Counted from the whole stretch's first letter, positions 23,391 to 38,059 are shown. The stretch is DNA of 60,400 nucleotides, filler included, from Rhabdomonas costata (GCA_019059605.1; 12 parts of 12 records of this genome joined end to end with filler, not necessarily neighbours in it), one strand, 5' to 3'. Notes: generated by a model from the letters alone, not told the origin. Made by a program: numbers and translations.

Positions 23391-25354
23391 ATATTTGTCA
23401 GGTGGCGCACGCCGCCTTTTTCGCTGCATTTTTCGATACTTTCGGCTACCAAGTGCAATTCAGTGTATTTTTCTTTGCAGATGAACAAGGACCTATGTGA
23501 GGGTCTTTCGTATTTGGGCTGGTGGGAGGAAGTGGTTGAACAGATGTTCAGTGATCCGAAAATGAAGTTGGCACCCGGTGATCCGGAATCAATCCTGTTC
23601 CGAAATTTCTGCTTGTACAGTGGTCAGCATTCCCATCTTTGCAAAGCCCAAACTTCCCTTCCCTAATATTTTGTGATGCTCCCGATTAAGGCAAACACCA
23701 AAAAGTATGAAAGACAAAACCTAAATTTCATAACCTTGAAATCCCAAAGACGATGGCAGCGACATAACGAAGATAGCGCTTACAAAATGTTGATGGCAAA
23801 CGCTATCGTATTTTTGCTGTCGCTATCACCATGTAGGGTATTCTCACCAGATGAAGATAAAACGGGCACACCAAAATAACTGTGAGTTCGTTGCTGGATG
23901 CAGCGACCACAGACAGCCTGCGAAGCCGCGAAAAGCAGACTACAAAAGCACGCGGGACACAGGCCTGTTTCGCCCTTTAACCCACAAAACAAAAGAAACC
24001 TCCAAGCAAGTGCAATACGAGAGGCCAGAGGCGAAATGACCGGCGGTAGTGGGTCCTCTCTGCAAAGCCTGTCTGACTTCTGCAGCAGCCGCAAGCCAGC
24101 GGAAGCGTGATTAAGATTTTCAAACAAACCCCCAAATTAGTTAATGAATGCGAGAGTTTTGCAACAATAAGGCTGGAATGCCACATGTTTTCAATGAACA
24201 AAAAAGGAGAACAGGGGAAAGTGAAATTTCTTTTGAAAGGTTGGTTGGGACAGTGTATAAGTTTACATGTGTTTGCACACCTCTTTTTGTTACATTGAAT
24301 CCCCAAAATTGCTGCTAGTCCAACCACAGATAGGCGCAGGAGATTCAAAGAGGGTGGTCGCATGATAATGCTGGAGGAAGCGAGGCGGCACAAAAATCAA
24401 AGAAATGGATTGTACAGAGGAATTAACCTCAAAAACAGCAAGAGCAGTTTCCTGATGAGTGTCCCAAATGCGGGGTATTCACAACAACTTTCCAAACAAA
24501 TGACTGGGAATTTTCCAACATTCCGCGTTTTTCACACAAACCTCTCTATTGTATTTAAGGTAACAAGTACAGCTGTGGACATTCTGAAGCTCGCCTGCAG
24601 TGCGTTGAGTTGGTTTCTGGTTATGGAGTCCGGTTGTCCCGTTGAAGTGCTCGCTGATTCAGTCGTGCAAAAGGTCATTTAGATCTCTTTATTCACGAAA
24701 TCTGGGTCTAAGATAACTGCTGGCTGGGGGGGGGGGGGCAATTCTGCATGTTCATGAAGGAGTCCACTCCGTATAATTTAAGCCTCTGCTCCAACTTAAT
24801 TTTTTTTGGGGGAGCGATCAATTACGAGGTGGTGGTGACATGGCAGCTTTGGTAGGTCGACACGAGCATTATGACACACTGCTTCAAATTGAAACATGAA
24901 CATTTTTTTTTGAGTTTTGGTAGTTTTCAAAGGCAAGAACCAAGTCCGGCACAGTACTTGTCTGGCGGCTGGCCTGCCTCCATGTATTTGGGCCTTTCTT
25001 TACTGAAAAAGGAGCTGCGGACAAATCACAGGACAAAGCACAGAGCACACAGCACGAAGTGCCACTAAATTACACGGAAAGCACCGCACACACACTTTAA
25101 CGGCTTCGAAAAACTTGGCACTAATGCCAACAAAATAGGCAAAATGCAGGAAACATGTTTCACACTGCGCCGCACGCGCAGGACAAGACAAGGGAAAGAA
25201 AAAGCACAGGATTTATGGAGAAGAAGAACAAAAGTGCTTCCAACCCCACAAACCNNNNNNNNNNNNNNNNNNNNNNNNNNNNNNNNNNNNNNNNNNNNTT
25301 AATTAATTAANNNNNNNNNNNNNNNNNNNNNNNNNNNNNNNNNNNNNNNNNNNN

Positions 25355-26620
25355 AGAGAGGTGGGCTGGTAGTTGAACACGCGCCTGGTATTGGGCATAT
25401 CATGGCAGGGCATCGGGAAGGGGAAATCGCGACAGGAACCGCGAAAAGAGGGAAACGAACCCGAGAATATCAATTCTCCACCATGTACGCGGGAAAATGC
25501 CAAAAAGAAACAGCCACAGATAATGTGTGCAGAGGAGTACTGAGAGGTGATCCCTCTGTGCCTTCTTCGACCTACCCAAGACACCAGTCTCATGCATGTG
25601 ACTTCGCCCTTCGAGGCGAACTCGTCTGCATAGACGGGACTTCTTTGCTTGTCGAAAGCGGGTCGTTTTCACCCTCCACCATGCGCTTACCACCCTCTGG
25701 CTTTGATGCCTGGCTTCCCGAGGCGACACGACTCACGACAAGAATGCCTTAAGCTTGCATTGTGCGTGTGTGGGAGTGTGTTTGACCTCCAGTTCTGGGG
25801 CCGCCTCTCCATCACAACCCTGGGAAAGGGGGGCACCCTCCGAAGCGCGGCCGCCACGAGGTGGTCTCTGGGGGACTCGTGGTCCAGCACCACTACGCTG
25901 CGGTGCTTGGGCCACGGCCAGAACGAGGCCAGGCTGGGCAGGAGGTACCCCCTCAGAGTGCCCTCCTCCCCCCAGAAGGCTCGTACCCAAACCTCAACCG
26001 TGGGGTAACCTGCGTAATAGAAGAGACCTAAAAAAGACACCGCTGCTGTAGGTGCCGCATAGGAGCGAATGATTAAAGTTTCAAATGGGTCACAGAGGGT
26101 TCGAAAAGCTACGATGATTTGGACATGCGCACATCAGAAAAAGCTGATGAGGACACAATACGGATTAGGATCGATGCAAAAGCATAACTTCGCATCTTAA
26201 CACCTGCAGCTGATACGCGGTCGTTGCTTTCTGCAGCGTTTCAATAAGTAAGTAATGATCGGATGATATCACTGGATTGCCCATTTCGGAACTCATTTTT
26301 TTTTGTTTTGAATGCGTCCAACTCTGGGGAAAATTCAAACTTCCGACACTCGATGGAAACCAAAGATAATGGGAAAAGGAAAAAGGGAAAAGGCAATGAC
26401 ACCTGAAAAGACCTCCGAGAGATTGTATGGGGGCATCTCACAAGGCAGCAGCGGGTGCACCGAGGAGGCTTTCGACGGGGAAGAGGGGGTCGGATTCCCG
26501 CCAGGTTTTGTGTCGGTGGGCGCAGGCATTCTCCGGAGGAGAAGTCGCTCCTGCAGCAGTGCCTCGTTGGGAACTCGGGCAGCGAAGAGGCACGGCAGGC
26601 CAGGGCAGCAGTGGAGAGCT
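25355..26620 (-). CDS. Uncharacterised spliced protein, possibly glycosyltransferase-like, partial
   Basis: An exon ending PYNLSEVFS-G|GT (about 26403) joins CAG|26009 YPTVEVWVRAFWGE..YLLPSLASFWP..VVVLDHES. The exons are GC-rich. The gene runs off the contig and the functional call is weak. Confidence 0.5.
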
Positions 26621-27068
26621 GTATCATTTCGGATTGAACTTTTTCGGGAACGGAATGACTTAACCGATGGCACAAACGCGGCCAAACAGTTCCCCAACAG
26701 TTTGCCATTACTAGAAAAGAGGTTATGTAGGGGTACTGCAGAGGTACGGCAAATGACAAAAACGTGAACTCACCGCTAAGAGGCCCCGCATGAAGCGCCC
26801 ACAGGGTCTAAAACTGGACACAGAGGGAAAGCTTCCATGTCCCGGTAATGCCGACTCAGCAGTTCCATAATCACCCCCACGTATGAGCTCCAATTGGTCC
26901 AGTTAAGATAAAGTCTTGTTCAAATGAGAGAAAGTTATCACAGTTAAGTTCACATTGTGGGGACACTGGAGGGAGCCGACAACAAAGCGTACCGTGGCGG
27001 GAGCACAGGAGTCCATCATCACCCTGAGGGGAGACAAAAAACTCCCAGCCTTCACCCACGCATGCCCT

Positions 27069-29897
27069 TCAAAACACGCCCCCAAGAGCAACGGGTTCCG
27101 CCAGGGCCTCAATGTAGCCATCAACAAACGGCTTTGAGTTGCACGCCCCCCCCCCCTCCGGTAGTGTTATCAGGAACCAAAGCAAGCCCAAACGCGGTTC
27201 GCCAATCACAGCGTGCAACAAAAAAAGCGCACCTTGGGCTCTGCCTGCTCCAGTGGGTGCCACACCCCAGTGACACGCAGCGCAGTGGAGAGCGACTCTG
27301 AGCCAGCGGCCTCGAATCCTCGCTCACATTCCCCACAGCTCAGGTAAAGCAGACTGATCTGCGCAAGGGAGGGACGCTTTCAGTCACGGAAAAGGTGCGG
27401 GGCCTGGGGGATTGAACTTCTCCGTCTCTCCCAGTACCAGAAGAAACGGACCAAAACTCAAGTGGCCAAAGTAGGCGCAAATGTCGAAAGGCCCGGAACT
27501 ACAGGTGCAATCGTCGTTGAGGTATGAAGGGCGGTGGAACCCGTGGTGATTAATGACGGCGGCCGGACTTCGCGAAGAAACGAATTCCAAAAGACCGACA
27601 TGATACAGCCCTACGTCGATATGCTGAGCACTCTTCTTCTTCTCCACATTTCTGGCTGATCAGCTGCTTTTTAAAAGAGGCAAAGGCGAATTCCCGAACC
27701 TTGTGAAACCCAAAAATCGTCTCGAGAAGCTCCAGAGTGAGGCTCACCACAGGCAGCTCGAAGGCCATGGAGAGGTTGCCACTGACACTTTTCCCGCTGA
27801 ACGGGTTGTACCGCAAAGTGGTCGAGGGAAGCCAGCCCTCCGTCATGGCAGAGGCATTCACCCAGGGAAGCAGGGCCCCGCTGAGAACGGTGACCCGCCC
27901 TTGCAACTGAGGCAAAAGCACCCGGGGGAAGGTGCTCTTTGTTGTTTTCTCTCAACGTCTCAAGGGAAGAGATCAACACAATATTAAAGTGCAGTCACAT
28001 CGGAAAAGGAAGTTCACGAAACACAAAGTAGCCGTGAAAGGAGACCCGAACATCATTGCACAAGTTCCTGAGAAATAGAAAGGCCAGCCACAGCCGCCTC
28101 GTTTCCTGGATGGTGGAGATTACAGTGCAGGTGATGTTGTGTTATCCTGTATGGCATGTTCGCTCGTGCGCCATGCACATTGCTATCATCATCATTATAG
28201 ATTCACCTTTTGGACATCGTGTTGCAGGCTTCCACATTTGCATTTGGAAACGTTGAGCTCTGCGCATTACCGTGGAAGGCTTACCACATCAACGGTTGCG
28301 TCGACTCCCTCAACTGCATCCGCACACCTTGTTCTTCCGAGTGGCCCAGCGGATGAGCACGGCCTCCCGAGGCAAGGGCTGCACCACATACACTGAGGCG
28401 TTTGGGAACCGAACCGCGACGTCAAGGGCGAAAACCCCGCTGCGGTCCCCAACAACGACCACCACTGCGCCCTTCAAGAAGCCGCGCATACAGGTGGTTC
28501 ACCCAGGTGAGCTACTAAGAATGTAAAACTAAGGGGTTAAAAGGTCATACCAGGTGGCAAAAAGAGAGGAGAAGGCACAGGCGTTTACTCAGTAAAATGC
28601 AACTGCCCTAAGGTTCTGTTCAAACAAAAGTGGCACATGCAAAAAAGTTCACTCACTCCGTCCGTGTGTGTGAGAGCAGGAGAGAGGGAGATACCCTTTC
28701 CAGCTGAAGCTTGTGGGTGCCGAAAACGTCGCTTGCGACGCGATCAAACCGGCGCGAGGCGTGCCACACGTACATGTCCTCTGTGTGGGGGAAGGACAAG
28801 ATAATTCAAAACAGGTCTCCTTGGGTGGTGAAACGTTTCGAAACTCGCCCTAGCCGTCCACGTAGTAAACAAAGTTGCACCCTTCAAAGTCGCCTTTCGG
28901 GCTGTACCGCAAAGTTCCGGAGTTCGTGTTCTTTTGAGGGGAGAAGGGGAAATAGGCGAGCTCAGGCACTGAAAAACTTCTCACTCACATTCGCATTCAC
29001 AGGTGGGCTCACCGTGTTGCTCCCCTCTCTTCCTTGCAGGCGGGGGCACGAGCGCTGAACCTGCGAAGGTCACCGTGGTGGTCCTTCCCGAGGGAAGGGA
29101 GAGTTGTCGGATGTAGATATGGCCCTGCTCGGCCAGGGCGGCCTCCCAGTCCCTCTGGTGCGCCAGTTGCAGGGCATGCCGCTGCGCAAGGCTGAACCCA
29201 AACCACGGCCCACCACCGCTCCCCCCGCCACCACTGCGCACGGGAAGGCGCAAGCGGTGGCCCGCAAGGGCGGAGGGACAGCCCCACAGCCTCAGCAGGG
29301 GGCGAAGAGACTGTGCACGCACGTTTTCCCAATTGGGTAGAAGGACACAAGCAGGACATACTTTCGTTGCCCCTCCACCCCGCCCCAGTTTAATGATACG
29401 TTTCGGTTTCATCGCTCCAAATGCTAAAGATGCAATTCCTTGTGACTCTGCCGTTGCAGTGGTGTCCATGTGCGGTGACATTTGTCGGGTCGAAGAAGGC
29501 CACGTGGTGACCATGTGAAAGGAAATCACACCAGGCAGAGGATTCGAGCGACCACACTGGCACCTTGGGCACAGGAAGGGGTGACACTCCCTCGCACCTC
29601 TTGAACTTCCTCTTGCAGCTTGGCTTGGTGGGCCTCTGGGTGGGCCTTCTTCACCCAAACCCCGCGCTTGGGTCCGACGGACGGACACCCCGACACCAGC
29701 GGCCCTGAAGATCCCCGAAAGGTCTGGAGGTTGTCCCCACACAGCACCCTTCGAGTGAAGTTGGCCCGATGCTCGGGGATAACCTGGGGGTCAAACGAGC
29801 CCAGCCGGCCAGCCACCTGCCGCACGACAGGAGGAGCTGTGGAAAGCAACTCGTGGAGGTGCTCGGAGAGAAGGTACTCGCAGCCGTTGCAGTCTAC
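27069..29897 (-). CDS. Divergent FkbM-family methyltransferase-like protein with tandem domains, 5'-truncated. Exons 29598-29897, 29061-29310, 28695-28780, 28328-28471, 27700-27906, 27233-27358, 27069-27131
   Basis: All six junctions are in phase. The product contains VDCNGCE (end of domain 1), then GAVVVVVGDRSGVFALDVAVRFPNASVYVVQP and ISLLYLSCGECE..VTGVWH, echoing the FkbM DxGAxxG, FEP, KIDCEGxE and GExH motifs. Confidence 0.7.
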
Positions 29898-30699
29898 CTG
29901 AGAGCGTACAAGGGGGAGGGGTCGATACATGGGTTTGACTTGAGACACATAAAGAAGTCTGCTGTGAACCGGTTGCGAACCAGCTATTGACTGGAAGATG
30001 GGAGATGAATGTGAGTCAGGGATCCAATGGGCGCAAAAAACCAACCAGCATTCTGGGAGACATCCCCGGCATGTCTTAGACACCCCAGTCTGAATGCGGG
30101 ATGCTCTTTAGCGGCTTATAATCACTCTTACTGGTGGGCCTAAAACGTCAGACCAGACGGCCTGATGGCTCCTCAGCCTCACTTGCATGTGCATCAGCAG
30201 GATTGTAGATATCCATCCCTTCCGCAGAATGAAGACGGAAAGAAAAGAAGGAAAAAATGCCCCGCGCAGAGGAGGAATGGATATCTACAAACCNNNNNNN
30301 NNNNNNNNNNNNNNNNNNNNNNNNNNNNNNNNNNNNNTTAATTAATTAANNNNNNNNNNNNNNNNNNNNNNNNNNNNNNNNNNNNNNNNNNNNTTAAATG
30401 CCCTACGAAGGCTTGAAACACCGACTACGTCGCGCAAAAAAATATCAGAAAAAGTCTACACACACAGACATACACACGGACATTTTCCCGTTTTTCTCGT
30501 ATCTAAACCGTACACTACACTACGACGTTTCGTTGCGGAAACGAGTTAAAATTGGCAGTTTCCCGAAGAAAAAAAGAACATATGGCAACAGAAAACGTCA
30601 GAGAAGACCACACTGTTGACAGCAGCACTCCGTTGCGCACCTGAGTTTTACATACCGGTTTGTAGAACGAGTCGAAGAAGTCAACCAGCTTACCCAATA

Positions 30700-33600
30700 C
30701 AGAATGTAAACCCGATGGCCAGTCACCTTTGTACAAGTATATCTAAGGAGGTTTCCAGAATCGTGCGCACAACAGTACAACGTAACAGCTTTCAAACCAG
30801 GTTTTTAACCGCACTCCACAGGAAGTGGTATTGGAGCGGCTAAGTCAGTGGCGGTGGACGCGGTTGGACGCCAGGTATACGGTGCCGAAGCCTCCATCGA
30901 CGACATGTCAACAGGTAAATCAACCAAGAGAGTTGGTACCACCATCCGGTCAGGTTTCAGGACCAAGACTCTGCCTTTAGTGGCAAAATACCTGGTACCC
31001 ACCGAAACGTGGGTAATTTCAGGACGCCAAATGCTTCAACTGCAGACGGAAATGACACTTTGAGAGTAATTTCCACCTGAAAAGACAGCTGGACGTTGCA
31101 GCACCAACGCAGCCAAGACAGGAGGGACAAGAGGCAGCACCCGCAACGCACCAAACCGCACACATTCCGCCCCAACCACGTCCGCTATCACTCCAAAACC
31201 CCCAACTCACACACATACACCAGCACTACATAGACCTTATTCATCAGTCCCACAACAAAACTTCACTACACAGTCTTTCCATTTCTATCGTTATGTTTCT
31301 CGTTCACATATAATCCTCTTAACATGTGCCCATCGTTACAGGATTCAAATTGCAAAATGGAACGGCTAGGCTTCGTTTATTGTGTCACTAATTTAAACAA
31401 GGACACCACGGGTGACGCTACGTAGGACACTCTGAGACACGCCTCACCACACACATGAACAAAAGTCATGTTGGAACGCAGTATGTCTAAACTTCCAGCA
31501 TAATTATCCCCACCAACGAATGCCACAAATGGGCCGAATAGAGCGGCGGGAGGAACGATGCGGAACCCGCCACCAAGATCCCATGGCGCGGCATTTTCTG
31601 TGCAACTCCGGACAGAGAACGCACCTATGGCACAGCAGTGGTTCCACAAACGCTAAAGAAAGCGGGCATGGTCGCCACTCCAACCCACACACCCCACACC
31701 ACACAGACGCGCTTAGATGTTGCATCAATCGAAAAATCCAGTCAGACACGGACAGACACCAGTCAGCTCGCGAGCAACCCAAGCGGATACCACGATATTA
31801 GTCCCCTTAGCCAAGAGGAACTCACGGGCCAGTTTGGACACCGAACATCAAGACTACGGCAAAACCTAAGGCGTCTATTCGTTTCAACCACTTCGTAGCA
31901 CTTCGAGCGCCAAAAGCCATCTTGGTATGAACAACAGGGTCGAGATAAGTCAAATTACGTGGCACTGGATGCGAGCCAGTCACCCTCCACAACTCAGCTC
32001 CACTACGTGACACATACAGTCGGAAACACGAAGCTGATACCGCAGACTCAAGCGGCAATTTCAATGCCAGCAGTTCACACTCGTGAGCCCACTGTGCGAC
32101 AATTCATTCGACTTTCCAAGACTCTCTGGCAGGATCTGCAGTTACCACCATCCAGATACGCAGGGACGCAGACAGTCGACAATGACTAGATTAGCGGAGA
32201 TACAAGCATCTAGATGATACCAAACTAGAGCTCGACATCTGGCCATATAGCACAGCAGTTGACAAGGAATTTCTGGTACGAATGTTTGATTAGAGATATT
32301 ACTACCCACAATAAGGATCGGACCTATCAGGTGCAAGCGCACTCATTTCACAGACAGGTGCCTTTAATTTGACTTGTGAAGAACACTTTAGAGCTATTTA
32401 AATATAGGATACAGGAAAAACTCCACCGAAACATTAGCGCCTGTTTACAAACCGCCCATATTGGAGCCAAATTAGTCGACGCTCTCTGCTACAGCTGAAT
32501 GGGGTAGACCACAGTGAAGAAGAAGAAATATTCCTTACACCAGAGGAGCGCACAGATATCGTCAAGAGTCTGGAACCCTGATTGGAATAATCCGACACCA
32601 CTCTCCAAAGTAAATCACGGACAGCCTTTCACCATCAGAGGAGATCACTCGACTAGAGGATTTCAGAGACGTCTTCCAATCAAGCTTCCAGCCGGACTTC
32701 CCACACGAACTACAGAATTCACACTGAACCCAGTAAGAAGCCGCTTGCACACCGGTTGTACCGGATGTCTCGCATTGATCATACAGTGGTCCGGAAGCAG
32801 CGATGTGATAAAAGCCGATAGAATGATTGATTGATTGATTGGTTGATAAAAGCCGGTGGAATCCAACCGTCTACGAGTCACTTAGGAGCGAGCGTCATGC
32901 TCCTGAACAAATATGACAAATCCAATCGAACGGTCAATGGCAAGAACCCGCTGCCGAGAATCAATGAGATGATGAAAGGCATCTTGATAATTCACGAAGA
33001 TGGACGTGTCGAGTAGTTTTCACCATATTAGAATCCTCTTTAGGGACTATCACACGACAGTATTCCAGACAAAGTTCGTCTCGTTCAAATGTACAGTGAT
33101 TACATCATATTATCAAATGCCACAACCACATTCCAGCGAACTGTGGACTTTGCATTTGCCAACATGACAGACTTTACGACGTCTGCTTCGACAAAATTGT
33201 TGTCTTTTAGGAAATCTACGAGGAGCACCTGAACCACATCCTGAGAGTTCTTGACTGCCTCCGCCGAGAGCAGCTCTTGAGAAACTGAAGAAGAGCTCTT
33301 TCGCATAGTGCCGGAAAACTTGCAGTCAATCTCGGATTGGCCGACCACCGGAACGTCAAAAACGTCGGAAGTTTTTTCGGACTTTGCTGATTCTGCCATC
33401 AATTATTCTAGCAGTTTGCAAATGTGGCAACCACCATCACCAATTTGCTGGTGTAGAGAAAGCCGTGGCGCCGTGTGTCAGCCGAAGAGCAGGCAATCGA
33501 TGGAATGAAGTCCTACCTCCTTCTGTATGTCGTCTTGGCATTTCCGGACCGTAGCAAATAATTCATCCTCTGCACCCACGCTTCAGGCACAGTCATCGGA

Positions 33601-34550
33601 GCAATGTTGCGCAAGACTGAAGACTCGAATAACCTTCGACCGGTGGCGTGCACATCTCGGAAATTAAATAAACATGAAGTTAATTACCTCACACAAAAAA
33701 TGGAATTGCTGGCTCTCGTCGAAGTTTTCGATAGTGTGGGGACCCCTCAGCCAAAACTCTCCAATAATAATGTGTTCCGGTGTTTTACTGGACCAGATCA
33801 AATCATTTTGGACAACAGGATGATGGACTATTGCCGAAAATCCAGAATATTTTTTCGAACCCAAACGAGCTTCACGTTGACAAGCGGAAGAACAAGCCCG
33901 ACTGATTTTGGGACGATGACAAAATCCTCGTGCCCACGAATTTGGTGAATGAGATTATTACAGCCCACCACAATCCGACAGTCGCGGGTCATGCGTGCAA
34001 ACCATCCCGGCATCAATTGGTGATATCGATTTCTCAAAGTTGTGATAAACTGAGGCTCGCGGAAACGGACTTTGATCTTTTTGAAAATGATGCTGTTTAC
34101 AGTCCGAACCAGAGGTGCTCCGGACCTGGAGAGGTGGGTTACGATGTGCCTCTACGCGCAAACCAAATCAATCGTGCAGAAGAGGAGAGATAGAGCGAGT
34201 AACCAATATGGAAGAATTCACTCGTTAGACGAATGCTTGAAATATATGACCGGGTTGATTGAGTGGTCCGAAACGAGAGCCTAGTATTGAGAGAAAATTG
34301 CCTTGCATCAATCTTTACATCAATTGCGCTTGCCAGTTCTTTGTTGGAACGAACCAGACTATGTAAATTGTGTGAATCATAACTGAATGCTGAACTAGGG
34401 AGAAAAGTGCCAGGAAGAGCCACCAAAACGCGAACAAAAGCCGGCAATCGATTGTTCCAGGCATCGATACTATGAATTGAAAGGCCAGTGACAATACCGG
34501 GAAAAGCCGATTGGGTTCGGCAGGACCGGCTCCCAGTCGGCCATACAGTA
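30700..34550 (+). mobile_element. Heavily decayed Ty3/gypsy LTR retrotransposon (RT about 32830-33300, RNase H about 33530-33730, integrase about 33920-34480)
   Basis: Fragments GIQPSTS, NPLPRINE, SNATTTFQRTVD, EEHLNHILRVL, LAFPD..FILCTHAS..IGAML..RPVACTSRKLNKHEVNY..ELLALV and EIITAHHNPTVAGH occur in RT-RH-INT order with many stops. LTRs and outer limits are not defined. Confidence 0.85.
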
Positions 34551-35433
34551 GCAAATGGTAGCGGAGTGTACAGAGACGTTCATGGTACCTTTGTTTTGAA
34601 ATCCGATCATATTTTTGCCTTTTGCCTTCCTTCCATTAATGGTTCAAATTTACTTGCAAGCAACCACCACAATCACCTACAAAATTGTTTTCGAGCGATT
34701 GCGGCAAGCGCGCGCATGAATGAACAGAATAGGACCAAGCTGGCGCGGATAAGCCGACATGGGACGGACAATTTTTGAGAGAAGTACATTCCACGCCGAA
34801 TTAAGCATACCCAAGCGCACAGTGTGGTTGTTTTTTCTCCTCTTGTTTGTCTCTCACTAGGTTTTTTGCTTTGTTCTTCGACCGTTGTAATTTGCATGGT
34901 AAATAGCAAAACACAGTTGAATCAATTGGCACAGTTGTCAGTTGGTATATCCGCGTCCGCCACGTTCACCTCCGTCGTTTCATCGAATCATTTCCACGAC
35001 CATGTCTCTCGATGACATTGGAACTCTCCCGCGAAACCAAATCCTCTCCTTCGAGACTAATTCCCTGGATACTAGCAATGCCAAAAATTGGGTATTTCAA
35101 TCAACACTTCTCAAATTTGCTCAAGCAACCGAGTCGAAAACAGGCTGACATCAGCCAACATTTGAAAAATCAGCCGAGATCCACCTTACCACAACACTGG
35201 AGTGTACGCCAGAAATGACCCTTACTTTCACGATTGGGACGGAAATCGGTCTGGACTTCTCCAGTGGTTGCATCAAGTTGAGCAAATCAAACGAACCAAG
35301 AAGCTTCATGACAAGGCTGCAGTCCGGTACGCCNNNNNNNNNNNNNNNNNNNNNNNNNNNNNNNNNNNNNNNNNNNNTTAATTAATTAANNNNNNNNNNN
35401 NNNNNNNNNNNNNNNNNNNNNNNNNNNNNNNNN

Positions 35434-37649
35434 GGGTGGGCACCATGACTCACCCCGATGGCTCTGTGTACCGTGGAGAATTTAAGGTGTGTTGGGGCGT
35501 TTGGTTGTTGGGGTGTATGCGCAGGCGTTATTCTCTTTGCTGTGTCTTGTACGGCGAAGGCAACTTCCTTTTTACAGCGAAAGGATAGAACGGTCCCGAG
35601 CAGGTTCGGAAACATACGAGTCAGTACGTGTGCGCGTAGTTTTGTGTTGTGATCTTAGGGATGAGATCCACTAGTAAAACGGGAAAATATCCGCGTGTGT
35701 CTGTTTTTTTGTTTGCGCTTTCTATTGCTCAGTAGTTCTTCAAGCCTGTGTATGTCCTTCAGACCCAGGTATGTATGGGAGGGGCGTTTTTTGGAAAAGG
35801 TCCGGAAAATCGGCGTTTTAATTTTTTGATCGCGTAATTTCCCCCCATCAAAGCCCTGTCGAATCACAAACCCCGCAAATATCCTGTTGTTGGCGATAAA
35901 ACAAAGTAGATTGAAAAAGATTGAAAAATTGAAAGATTGAAAAAGTCGAGTTGGGGCTTGGATGAGGGTTTTTAGAGCCGAATTTCGCCGAAGACCGGCC
36001 TTAGGGCTTCAAAAGGGTTCAAGATTAGCGAATTTCGACCCCTTGGGTGAGTGTTTCTAAGACCAGATGGGTTTGAAAGCAACCACGGGGCGGTTATGCT
36101 TATTAAGGGCAGTAAACCGGGGAGAGGGGCCCGGTGAGAGCCCCCCCTTCCCGGAGTGGCTGTAAATCATAAGGCGCTAGGCAGTTGCCCCCCCCCCTTT
36201 GTTACGAGACCCCTGAGCGCTGGGGTTGGTGCACAGTGCCCTTACATGGGTTGCAGGTTTTTTGGTTTGTTTTTTACGGGCCATATAACATGCAGGGCGA
36301 TATATGGCGCTTTGATGGCTCCCGGAACGATGGGCCCGGCACAATACACCCTTCCTTTGTTGAAAGAATTGTAAGAACATTGCAAGAAGCTTACTGAAAA
36401 TTGCCGACCTCCGCAGAACGGGATGAAAAACGGCCGCGGTCACTACGTCACTTTGTCCACTGCCTACGACGGAGGCTGGAAGGACGACGAGATGCACGGC
36501 GCGGGAAAGCAGACGTTCGGTGATGGAAGCTGGTGCTGCTCCTGTGTGTGAGTCTGTGTGTTTTCAGGTTGAGCAGTTTTGCTCCGGGGGGGGGGGGGGG
36601 GGTCTGGGCTGCCTGTATACTGACTTCTAGGGCCACACGGCGTCTTTGCGTTTGCTCTTCTTGTCCCCAACCTGCTGCTCACTTTGATTGTCTCGTGTGG
36701 AGAGCAATTCTGGTCAGCAAGTTTTTGTGCTTATGTGCGCACGTTATCTTGTTCTAGGACGATGAGCGGCCTTGGTCTATCCTGCGCTGTAGTACTCTGT
36801 GAGCAGTAGTATAGAACAGTTGTTTGCATACAACTCTAAATTGTTGCAAAATACCTTCGAGGACATATACAAAATAGAACTGTGATTTGCTAACTGATTT
36901 TGGTTCCACCCTGGCCTGCCTGTGTTTGTAGGTACTGTCGCTCTTCCGTGGGAAGGGGTATGGGGGTTCAGGTACGAGGGGCAGGTAATGCAGGGCGCGA
37001 GGGAGGGCTTCGGGGTCTTCGTGGACGGATCCGGAAGCCGCTACGAAGGGATGTGGAAACAAAACGAGCGGCACGGCAGGGCAACCTTCACCTATGCCAC
37101 AGGGGAGTCCCTTGAAGGTTCGCGATTCCCCTTTCTGGAGGAGTGAGTGTGACACCTCTCTCTTCTTCTCTTGCTGCGAGACGATACGTTTTTGGTGGTT
37201 TGGATTGTCCGAACAAAAACTCCGTTTTAATCATGTGCATTGGTGTAAGGAGTTGTCAGGTACGGGTCCTTAAGTCGCGACGAATGCGAGACATGGTTTT
37301 TGGTGTGCCTTTTCTTTAGGGGGAGGGGAGGGTGGAGCTGGGATCTTCGCCTGAAGTTCCAAAGAAATTTATAGTGCGTTCGGGGAATGCCGCCAATTCT
37401 TGCGATGTCCTCTTTTTTTTTGGAAGAATGCCACAGATGCTAGTGATATCATCCTTTTTATTCACTGCACGTTCGAGAATTACGCACAAGTGCAGCAATA
37501 GTCGCTGGCGTTCCACCCCGTTGTGTTTCACAGGAACGTGGGAGGACAACTGCATAAAAGGGAGTGTGACCTTTATCGACCGCCAGGGTGTGCGTACCGC
37601 GGTGGTTTACGAAAATGGCACGTGCAACAGAATTCGAGTGAGCTACTGA
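35434..37649 (+). CDS. MORN-repeat protein, 3' part. Exons 35434-35486, 36417-36532, 36972-37117, 37534-37649
   Basis: Repeated YxGxWxxxxxHGxG units (DGSVYRGEFKNGMKNGRG, YDGGWKDDEMHGAG, YEGMWKQNERHGRA). GT-AG introns are in phase. Confidence 0.9.
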
Positions 37650-38059
37650 GCTGGATGTGTGGTCTGGGCTGCCATTCGTCCTCCGTTTTCCCAGTGCCCC
37701 CCGTTTAAATTGGGGGGGTTGCCTTTCAAGGTGGTGATGTTTGCAAGAGAGGAGTTCTTAGGGGGAGGAGTGAGGGTGCTTTTCGTCCACTTTTTGTTTG
37801 GTTTGCGTTCGTTGCTATTCAAGAGAGTAAATGGATGTATTGTATGTGGGAGTAGCAGGGGTGTCCCTTTTCCGTGCAGCACCGGTGCGCAGAAACAACA
37901 TGAGGGGCAGAGAAAGGCTGAGAAGCGGTGGCAGGGAGAGTGCACCAGTTGAGATGTATATTGAATTTGAATAGCTTTCGCCAGGCTGATGCTGGTGAAG
38001 GTGAGCTCCACTCGCTCTGCATTATTTGCCTCCTACAAACACCCAAACTTGTCACCGAT

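Noticed and set aside
35905..35945. (A)AAGATTGAAA short tandem repeat in a MORN intron
   Set aside because: It is an ordinary low-complexity microsatellite-like tract.
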